From: a virus
Taxonomy: Duplodnaviria; Caudoviricetes
Reading direction: 5' to 3' (one strand)
DNA length: 32,711 nucleotides
Virus record (IMG/VR): IMGVR_UViG_3300037574_000160
Coordinates: 1-32,711 of that record
Shown piece after piece: positions 17,552 through 26,500 of this stretch. The notes beneath the pieces were generated by a model. The model was given only the letters and a program-made list of their open reading frames with translations, made no database searches and had not been told where the DNA came from. How positions within the stretch are numbered: the first letter of the stretch is position 1; each line of letters opens with the position of its first letter. Both the position numbers and the translations under genes were made by a program.

Positions 17552-18343
17552 TTAAGCTGCCTTGATGTGGTGTGCATGGCCCTGATGGGCTATCGGGTAT
17601 GGCAACGGGGGTTCACACTTAAAGTGTTCCCTGTAGGCAACCTCATGCCAATGCGCTAGGAACAGCTTGACTGCGTAACGCTTGGCCCGTGCGTGGATGT
17701 GCCCCGGTGGCAGCTTGCCCACCGAATATGCCTTGTAGGCTTGGGTCGTCTTGCCAACACGCTTGGCACCTGCGTCTGCCTGCTCCTTGAACTCAAGGTT
17801 CTCGTTTTTGAGAATCTCCTGCTCCTTGCGCTTCAGGTAGAACTGACCGTAGGTGTCGTTCTTGTTGCTCGACACCTTCACGAAGGACTCACCTATCTTC
17901 CAGCACAGGCACTTCAGGTCTGCGTTCCACGGTCGCTTCTGACCCTTCTCCCACTTGCAGGTGGGGTCCTGTCCAGCGAACCTCCATATGTGCCCAACGG
18001 TGGGTGCCTTGTTGATGTCGATGTGGGCAAGCAAGCCTGCCGAAATCACCGGACCAATACCGGTGATGCTCATCGCCCATTGGCCGAGGGGGTGGTGCTT
18101 GGCATACACATTCAATGCCTTTTTAATATTTTTCTCCATCTCCTCGTTTACATCACCGACCCAATCCAATAACGAGTGGGGTTCGTCGCTTGTCACCAAT
18201 GCTCGGACCTGTGCCGTTGCACGAATCCTCGCATCCTGAATCTGGTAGTAGGTGTCCACCAGAAACCGTGCCTGATCAACTGTCATGCGCTTGCTCGACT
18301 CAAGGAGGTCCTTGGCCAAGGATAGCTTTGGCTTGATGTTCAT
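17552..18343 (-). CDS. tasA: TIGR-associated Tas protein, nuclease-less TasA-like (coiled coil plus Nop/IS110 RNA-binding domain)
   Basis: SITGIGPVISAGLLAHID and IWRFAGQDP match the IS110 C-terminal/Nop fold; KRPWNADLK, YGQFY and HARAKRYAVKLFLAHW also present. No N-terminal DEDD RuvC, no HNH, no catalytic SG loop. Adjacent to a 36-nt dual-spacer array. Confidence 0.85.
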   Translation of the reverse strand: MNIKPKLSLAKDLLESSKRMTVDQARFLVDTYYQIQDARIRATAQVRALVTSDEPHSLLDWVGDVNEEMEKNIKKALNVYAKHHPLGQWAMSITGIGPVISAGLLAHIDINKAPTVGHIWRFAGQDPTCKWEKGQKRPWNADLKCLCWKIGESFVKVSSNKNDTYGQFYLKRKEQEILKNENLEFKEQADAGAKRVGKTTQAYKAYSVGKLPPGHIHARAKRYAVKLFLAHWHEVAYREHFKCEPPLPYPIAHQGHAHHIKAA

Positions 18344-18543
18344 GCCACCACCGCCTTGTCCTTCTCGCTTCGGTCAAACAAAGCCCGAATGGTCAATGTC
18401 TCCTGTGTCTCAGGGTTGGTCAGAGTCTCTGACTGCCCACATCGTTTGCAGAACTCTATCCAGAGTTCCCCTTTGTTCAGCACCAAATGATTGGTGCCCC
18501 CTTCAGGTCTGCGTGTTTCGCAGAGATTACAATAATCACTCAT
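18340..18543 (-). CDS. Small zinc-ribbon protein
   Basis: CNLC...CKRC; 67 aa; ATGA overlap with the tas start. Confidence 0.65.
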   Translation of the reverse strand: MSDYCNLCETRRPEGGTNHLVLNKGELWIEFCKRCGQSETLTNPETQETLTIRALFDRSEKDKAVVA

Positions 18544-18547
18544 AATA

Positions 18548-18611
18548 TGTAGTTAGCTAGTGGAGCATCATCGCTCCCATCTGACTCCCCCGAAGGGGAG
18601 GCAGTTGGGAG
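18548..18611 (-). promoter_or_regulatory. Long UUCG-capped hairpin plus start-associated motif, copy 3
   Basis: Minus strand CTCCCAACTGCCTCCCC-TTCG-GGGGAGTCAGATGGGAG (18574-18611), then ACTAGCTAACTACA (18548-18561), TATT and ATG. Confidence 0.75.
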
Positions 18612-18618
18612 GGAGGCA

Positions 18619-19941
18619 CTACGCAACCTTCGGTTCCTTCACCACCGCAACCTGCGGCTGGAGGATGTCCACGATCACGGTCGGCTCGACTGTCGAGTCG
18701 TGGTCAGCGTAGACATCGATGGTGGTCTGAATGTTCTTATGACCCAGCAACTTTGAGGTGTAAGCAATGTCACGGGTGCGGCTCAGAATCTTGCTGCCGA
18801 AAATCTTCCGCAACGTGTGTAACCTGCCATCGTCGTCGTCGTTCTGCAACGTGGTGCCAAACTCATCGGCAAGCAACCTGCGACAACGCTCAAGGACTTG
18901 TTCGCCTCCGATTATGAACTGCTCGTCACGGTGCCGGTTGGCACCTCGTTTGCCTGCAATCTTCGGCATGGCAGCAACACGAAAGATTTCCTGAACCACC
19001 GATGTTGCCATCGGGATTTCACGATCCAATGTCTTGGTGGTCCAATGCGGCAGGCACAGGTTGGTGATGGCAGGGTTGTTGCGGTCCACCTTAAAGAATG
19101 ACTTCATCGAGTTGTAGACTTCCTTGCCCCGTGTTCCTGCCGACAAGCAAAGGGTCATCGTGATCCACGCATCGGGGTCAACCACCTTGAGCGTGTTGAT
19201 GAACGCAAGAAGCAGTTCGTAAACCTTTTGTGTCGGTGCCTTGAAGGCAGACTTTTTAGTCTTGGTTTTATCAAACTTGTTGGGTTCTTTGTTGAAGGCT
19301 TTGGCTTCCTTAATTTTGAAACAGTCGAACCCGTGATGTTTTTTGAAGTAGGGGCGAGCCTGCACACCGAAGATGGCATGTGCCCTGCGAAGTTCGTCAT
19401 CGATGCTGCGCTTGGTCTTGTCCAGCTTGATGTGGTAGGCAACAGGGTCATCCTCCTTCACCATACCTGCCATGTTGGTTTCCAAGCGGACCTGCATGTA
19501 AGTGTCGCTGACCGGTCCGGCAAACGCATCGTCGATCCGCATCTTGTCGAGTTTGCTGGTCGTCGCTTCGGACAACTTATGACGTGGCACGATAGCCTCC
19601 TTGGTGTGGGTTGCGTTGAGTACACGGTAGAGTGTCGAGACAACTGCGGCTGCGGCAGTCTTGGTGATGTCGATCAACCCGTCCTTGACACCTTGACGGT
19701 ACATGGCAACGACCTCACCGATCTTCTCGATCTGGTTGCGGCGAGATGGTGCGACGAACCCTTCGGCACGGAAGTCATCGACCATCGACTTGATGCGGCT
19801 TTTGGCTTCACGCTTGTCGCCGGTCTTGAGCGAACGCTTGAACTGTTTGCCTTTCCCATTCCCCCCATCTACATGGGGGAACTGCAAGGTTACATAGTAG
19901 CCGGTCTTGCCTGTGGGGATTCTCGGATTTGGGTATTTCAT
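18619..19941 (-). CDS. int: Tyrosine recombinase / phage integrase
   Basis: Catalytic R (GTRGKE), K (TTKT), HxxR (HTLRK), H (LGHKN) and Y (IDVYA); N-terminal arm-binding-like KRSLKTGDKREAK. Confidence 0.92.
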   Translation of the reverse strand: MKYPNPRIPTGKTGYYVTLQFPHVDGGNGKGKQFKRSLKTGDKREAKSRIKSMVDDFRAEGFVAPSRRNQIEKIGEVVAMYRQGVKDGLIDITKTAAAAVVSTLYRVLNATHTKEAIVPRHKLSEATTSKLDKMRIDDAFAGPVSDTYMQVRLETNMAGMVKEDDPVAYHIKLDKTKRSIDDELRRAHAIFGVQARPYFKKHHGFDCFKIKEAKAFNKEPNKFDKTKTKKSAFKAPTQKVYELLLAFINTLKVVDPDAWITMTLCLSAGTRGKEVYNSMKSFFKVDRNNPAITNLCLPHWTTKTLDREIPMATSVVQEIFRVAAMPKIAGKRGANRHRDEQFIIGGEQVLERCRRLLADEFGTTLQNDDDDGRLHTLRKIFGSKILSRTRDIAYTSKLLGHKNIQTTIDVYADHDSTVEPTVIVDILQPQVAVVKEPKVA

Positions 19942-19945
19942 GATT

Positions 19946-19959
19946 TGTAGTTAGCTAGT
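19946..19959 (-). promoter_or_regulatory. Start-associated motif, copy 4
   Basis: ACTAGCTAACTACA, then AATC and the integrase ATG. Confidence 0.8.
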
Positions 19960-19965
19960 TTTTGG

Positions 19966-20163
19966 TTATCGGTTTTGCAGGCGAAGTTTTAAGTCAAGCC
20001 TTGATAGGCTATACTTTGCGTCCTCCATTGTGGCGTGGGTGCTATGACTCTCACCGGTTACATCGTTGATGACATTGCACTCTTGGTTCCAAGCATCCTG
20101 CCTGCGTTCGATATGAGCGAAGCGTGATGTGCTGTATTTCTCGACTAGTGTTTTTTGGTTCAT
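19966..20163 (-). CDS. Hypothetical early protein (65 aa)
   Basis: MNQKTLVEK start lies about 40 nt downstream of the predicted -10 element. Confidence 0.6.
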   Translation of the reverse strand: MNQKTLVEKYSTSRFAHIERRQDAWNQECNVINDVTGESHSTHATMEDAKYSLSRLDLKLRLQNR

Positions 20164-20206
20164 GTTGGTTTCGATTTGGTTCTGATTGATATGTCGCACA
20201 GACCCC

Positions 20207-20255
20207 AAAGTAGCAGGTGTCCACACCTATGCAACATTTATTTTCATTTATTTTA
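20207..20255 (-). promoter_or_regulatory. sigma70-type early promoter with operator in the spacer
   Basis: Minus strand: AT-rich UP element, TTGCAT (-35, 20234-20229), 16-bp spacer holding AGGTGTGGACACCT, extended -10 TG-C-TACTTT (20212-20207). Confidence 0.7.
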
Positions 20256-20269
20256 CATGGGTTAAAGTG

Positions 20270-20540
20270 CCCTCTCAGGGGGTCAGAATTAGTACCGAAA
20301 ACTTGCGCCTGTTTATGGCAAATGATGTCCAAAGATGTCGCATGATATTTTAAGCGACAAGGAATCCGGCCAATGTTTGCGGGGGTGAAGTGTCCCTTTT
20401 TAGGAATTTCCTAGAAGGCAGGAACTAGGCTTGTCATCTCTCGTGAAGATTACTGACACCCCCCGATGAGGGCAAAAACCCCAATGAAAAGCGATTGAAA
20501 AGATTCAGGGGTCAGGTTTAGGGCACCAAACGGGGGTCAG
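20270..20540. other. Candidate attP region
   Basis: Non-coding gap near int; GGGGTCAG direct repeats at 20279, 20508 and 20533; central palindrome TAGGAA-T-TTCCTA at 20401-20413. Confidence 0.45.
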
Positions 20541-23500
20541 TTCTTGCCCCTGTCCAGCAGGGCATCTGCTGCCGCTTGAGTAGCTGCCACACCCATCAGC
20601 TTGCCGCTCAGATTGTATGCCCTGAACTTCTTGGGGCCGGTCTGCACGATCCTCCCTTTGGTCGGCATCGTGACGACCTTACCGTCCTCCGAGACACGAG
20701 GCATGTACCTGTTCCTGATCTCCACCGCCGAGTCCTCAAACACCACATAGTTGTAGGTCTGCTTGAAGCCTTCCTTCGGCTTGCCCATGCTGGTGGTTGC
20801 ACGGGATGAGGCATCGGCAAACCGGTTGCCTGCTATGCCTATGTTCGCAAGTTTTGCGGATACATCTGACGGTCGCCCTGAGACTGCCTCTAGGTTCCTC
20901 AAAAAGTGTAGCCCTTGCCCCCCATTGTTTACAAAGTCGGATAGGTACAAGTCGGAACCAGTTTCGGCATCGAACACACGCTTCCCGTCCTTCAGCAACG
21001 CATCCTTCACATACTTTGATTGCTCCTTGAAGGGCTTGTCCAAGTCTAGGAAGTGTTCTTCCTTGGGGGTGATGTCCACTTCGTACATGCTGCCCACCAC
21101 AGGTTGATCGATCTCGATATCAAAGTCATCAGGCTTTAAAGATTCCACCGCACTCAAAGCCTTTTTTGCGTCTGCTAGTTTCGCTTTATTGAAATCCTTT
21201 TCTCCGTGTATCTCAATATTACTTGTCCACAAACCAACATCCCACTCCGCAGATTTCTTAAACTTGGGAATTAATTCTTCCTTTAGATACTGCTTTGCCC
21301 TAGCCACACTTGTCCGCTTGCTATTATACCTCGCTCGACCGACCACAAAATCGTTAACCCAAGTCCTTATCTGACTAAACCCTTGCTCCCCAAGTTCTTT
21401 CAGGTTTTTGTTTTTCAGCTTAACATCGACATTGCTATGGGTGACCAAGTTACGATTATCAGTTAACTTGTCCCGATACCACTCAGCCACACTCTTCTTC
21501 TCCGCAAAGTATAGTCCGTGACCGTATGACTGCGCCCCTTCACCGGTCCCAATCTTGTCGGTGCTGAACTTGCCCAACGGTGCCCCTTCCTCGGCGGCAA
21601 AGGTGTGCGGTGTGCCGTGGTAGGCTGGTATGTGCCTGACATCATCCGACTCCATGTTGAACCGGTCATGCAAGGGGATTGGGTTGCCCCCGTCATCAAG
21701 CGTCACAGGGTCGGCAGACTTTATTTGGTTTGACTCAAACGCCGCATATGTGGTCCCGCCCCTCTCAGTTGTGATGTACCCATCATGCCCCAGCTTTTTT
21801 AGCAACTCGGTCACGCCTGCCGTTTCAAAAAAACCATAGTCGCCTGAAGTAATCCACTTTCTCAGTCGGGAGTTGAACTCAGGTTCATGGGCAACCTTAT
21901 CTTCCATCGCACCCTTTGACCTTCTCTCCAACTCGTCAACCACCTTAACCATCTTCTCACCCTCGAACGACACGTTAACCTCCCCTCCCCATTCCCTGAT
22001 TGCATAAAGCGCATCATTAATGTGTGACGGGTTTCTGTAGTCGAACGGATTGTCCAGCTTCAGGTAACCCTTAACGATATCCCCTTTGCCCTCGACCAGC
22101 TTGCCGTAGGCATCCCCGACATGCATTTGCCTGCCAGCGAATGACTGTGCCACGCTCTCACTATCGGATGTCATTATGTGACCCCAAGGATTCTTCGTTG
22201 GGTCGAACTCTGTGAACGGACGGTTTGCGGGAACGATGCCGTCCTCTGGAATTGTCCTGCCATGATACACCGGACCGATGTCATACCCTGCCCGTGCCGC
22301 AGCCTGATCCACCGCAGCCTGCATGGTGTCCACATCTCCCTTCGCCACAGCATCGGTGTACTCTGCCTCCATACGGGCAGTCTCGGCTGGGAAGTACCTG
22401 CTTTGGGACTTATCTCCCTGCACCAAGGCATCGTCTACCCTCACAAACACCGTATCGCCTACGAGGATCGCTTCTGAGGCACTTTCTATTGGAACCCTAT
22501 GGTTGTCCTTCCTGTAGAAGTATTCGTGCCTCACAGGGTCCATACCGACCTGAATCCATTTGTCGGTGTTATAAATGTCATAAGGGATGGCATCATCCTT
22601 GAGCTTGCCCCGTTCGTGGGTTCGCATGTACTCACCCTCGACCGTTGCCAACGGATACTTGTCAACGCCGCCCTCCTTCTTGCCAACGGCAACCTGAGCA
22701 ATGTCTCCCTTGGTTCCCTCATGCTTGGCAACGTGGAACACAGCGTTCTTCAACCGCATGATTGAATCATATCCAATGATCCTACCAACCCCGCCCTCGG
22801 TGCCCTTCTCATGCACAGCGACTGCGTAACCCACCTGATCGATCTTGCCTTGGTCATACAACGCCTTGGTGTCGTTGTGGAAGGGGATGTCAATCCTCCC
22901 GCCAACCAGAGTCCCTTCGGGTAGTTCCCTTGCAGCACCGATCAACTGGGGCTTGTCACCCCTCAACATCTGCAACGACAACTTCATCACATCGTCTTTT
23001 TGGGATTTTTCCGATGGACGGTCTGGCACTAAATTGTTTTTGGTTGGCTTGGGCGACAACAAGACAGGCTTGTACTTGTCCACCAGTTTGGACCAAGCCT
23101 CACCCATCACACCCTGCTTCCGTGCCTCGATCATCTTCGGGTGACGGTTGGCCCAATGAGTCTCAGGCATGTAGTTGACAGGATGGGCTATGGGTGGACC
23201 CATCTTGCCCTCCGTAAGCAGGTCCAGTTCAGGCATGATCGATTGTAGAGGCTGCGGTCCTACTGAACCGGCTTTGTTGAAAACATTGCCGCCCGTTAGC
23301 TTGCCTGTTTTCTTATCTATCGCCCTGCTTTTGCCACGACTCAAACTGCTCAAAGGATAAAATGTTTTTGCGTAAGCAACCGGTTCAACATCCACCGTGA
23401 ATCCGTAGTGGTAGTGCAAGTTAGGCTCATGCACGATTGGGATGTCATTTGCAGCATCATATTTAGGTGACCCCATGTTATGTTTTATTTTCATAACTGC

Positions 23501-26500
23501 AACCACCGTGCCTAGAGGGAACTTCTTCTCATCCCACAACCCTCCATCAACTGCCATCTCTGCTGTTGACCTTGGGCCAAACTGCAATTGTTCTGCCTCC
23601 TCTCGACTAAAGTTAAACTTTGCCCCTTTGGTTTTTCTTTGCTCGGTTAAAACCTCCCCTGCTATGTGAGTTAAATCACCGGCATCAACCGCATCAATAA
23701 ATTGTTGAACCTTTCTAATCCCTTGCAATGTTTCTCGTTGCTGTGCCTGCGGCTTCTTTTTCATCTTGTCAATGTTAGCAGCATTGGATGTCATTAACTC
23801 AATGTATGCGTTTGCCTGCTTGCTTGTGATATCTCCACGGGTAACCGCATCCCTGATAGACTCCCCAAACAACCTCATCCCGTAGCGTGTGTTGTTGTGG
23901 TTTAAATCCCCTAACACAGACAAAGCGAGATACTCAGTTCCAACCAGTTTCATTTGGTTGATTAAACTCTCAAACACCTTGCTTTGGTACGAAGCCCACT
24001 TGCCCTCAAGCCACATGAATGCACGACCACCCTGTGCTGCAATCTCACTTGATGCGCCACTTGCTAAAGTCCTGACACCGTGCCCTAGCCGGTCAATGGC
24101 TAACCCAATCATCTTCTCTCCCTGCATGTCACGAAGGTCCATGTACCGTGCCCCTACGGGGGCAACGGGCATGAACCTCTCAACCATTGCCTCGTTGAAC
24201 TCGATGACCTCACCATGCTCCTTCACCTTCGGAGTGCCATCGGGCATCAGGTTCTCCTTCACCTTGTGGTAATCAAAATGGAAGTCATCCCTCATGGTGC
24301 TTTCCACGCTACCGATCCGGTCCAGCCTGAATGACTTCACAATCGATGTGCGGTCCACCGGTCGGTTGTTCAGGATGTCGTGCAACGGACTGACACCGCC
24401 CGATCCGGTCATGTCCCTCATCAGGAATGCCCTGAACGCATTGCGCTTGGCCTCGCCAATTCCCTCGGCACCACCCAACCCTTTGCGGTGGTTGTCCATG
24501 TAAACCTTCAGGTCCTCGTAAAACTTCTTAACGTCATTGCCCCACAGTTCCAGCTTGGGTCTGCCGTTGGCATCCGTGTCCTTCTGCCAACGGGACACCT
24601 TGTCGTGAATCGCATCCACATCCAAGGACTGCACGGTGATGTTGCCCTCCTTGGTGATCCTATATTCAAACGGTTTGATGTCCCTGCGGGACGCAGCAAT
24701 GTTGCCCATGAACTTGCGAAGGTTTCTCCTCCACATCCTTGTCGTTCCACGCAGGTCAGGGGTGCCGTCCTTGGTGGTCTTCACCACCTCGTTCATCTTT
24801 ATCTTCTTCGACTTGGTTGTGCTGATCCCGTTGTACCAAACCATCGCAGTCGTTCCGTTGCCCACCAACTCGTTCAACAACTTCAAGTGCGCCTTCATTT
24901 GCGGTGGAAGATTGGATGCCTCTATCACCTCGTCGGGGATAGCCTTGCCGGTCACCTCGATGCTGCCGTCAGCACCCTCACGGGCACCCAACGTGGACTT
25001 GTCATCCCTTCCAATAAGTCCCTTGGCAACCAGCCCATCACGCAGCCTGCGAACTCCTTCGGCACGGTCGTGCAATGTCTTGGCAATCTCCTCATGCCCT
25101 TTGACGGTTACCTCTCCCTTGGCATTCTTTGTGGCGTAATCATTCTCAAACGTACCGTCACCCTTGTCCCTCCAGAACCCTGCATGGTCGCCCATGTTCA
25201 GGATGTCCCGCTTGGAACCTGCACCGTCAGGGTTCTTTGCTCTCCGACCCATCTCATCAAAGTGCCTGCCCCTGTCACGGACATAGTTGCGGAGAGTCTT
25301 TTTGAATTTTTTGTCGCCGGTCATCTCCCCGAAGATGCGGGAAGCATAGGCACCATCCACCCTGCCGAGTGGGTCCACCTTCACTCCCATCTTCCGAAGG
25401 ATACCTGCCTTGGTTCTCAGCATGGCACCACGCAGATGGAACAACCCCTCGCCGGTCTTGCCCTTGCGAAGTTTGTTCAGGTTCCTGTCGAGTGTTGACC
25501 CGACAAAGTCCTCCGCAAAGATTTCGGAATGCACCCAATCCAAACCAAACTGCTTGGTCAGGTCGGCACGTTCTGCGTTCACCGCAACATCGAAGTCGTC
25601 AACTCCTTTGATTGGCTTGCCCTCCTTCCATCTCTGCACGGCATTGTCCGCAGCCTTGGAGAAAGGTTTCTTAAACCTTCGCCGCACCCTGTTCTCTGCC
25701 AACCTCTCAACGTAACCAGTAGCCATCGCATCGATGCGAGTCTGTCCGTAGACACCGACCAGTTCTGCCGTCATCTCCGACTTGTTCACCACGGGACTAT
25801 CCCATAATGCATGACCAAACTCATGGAGGATGTTGTGCTTGGCATCGGATGCCTCGATGTTGATGTCAATGGACTTCCTGTCCGGTGACCATGCCGCAGC
25901 ACCTGCCTTGTGTGCCTTATTGTATTGGGCATTGGTTAACAGGTTGACTGCAACATCCCCTTGAAAAATTCTCTCCAGCGTTGCGGTCTTCAGCAAGGCA
26001 TCCCGCCCCAACTTTGCCAACGCTTGTTTCGGGTCAACACCCTTCTTGGCCTGAGCCTCAAGGAACCGCATTACATCGGCATCCTCCGCAGACCTTCTTG
26101 CGTGACCGGTTAGCTTTGACAGACCGGCACCACCAAGTGCGGCAGGTCCACCAATTCCAATTCCAGCACCTAGCCCCTGCAACATGCCTTCCTCTCCCTG
26201 CGCCAGATAACCCAACCCACCACCAACCACCATGCCGGTGCCGACACCAAGTGCCAACGTGCCGGTGCCTGAAAGCAACTTGTCTCCGACCCCACCCATG
26301 TGAAGGATTCGTGCAAGTTTTCTCAGGTTGGGATCAACCGTGGAATCCATTGCGATTCTCTCAAGGACTCCAAACTGTGATGGTCGCTTGCCAAGGGACT
26401 CACCAACCTTCTCTCCTAACCTGCCAGCAACATCCAACGTCCTGCCTATAGTTGGTGCCGCTAGTGCAAGACCTATTGCTGGTTGGCCTGCCACAGTTGA

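Noticed and set aside
17552-18343. IS110 transposase / insertion sequence
   Set aside because: Lacks the N-terminal DEDD RuvC domain and the catalytic Ser loop, is short, and sits in an operon next to a multi-unit array.
19228-19950. 240-aa plus-strand ORF
   Set aside because: Antisense to the integrase, which has a complete catalytic set.
20230-20536. tRNA or tmRNA fragment at att
   Set aside because: No T-loop GTTCRA/CCA or cloverleaf signature found on either strand.
24380-25498. 372-aa plus-strand ORF
   Set aside because: Antisense shadow of the giant virion gene; no motifs.
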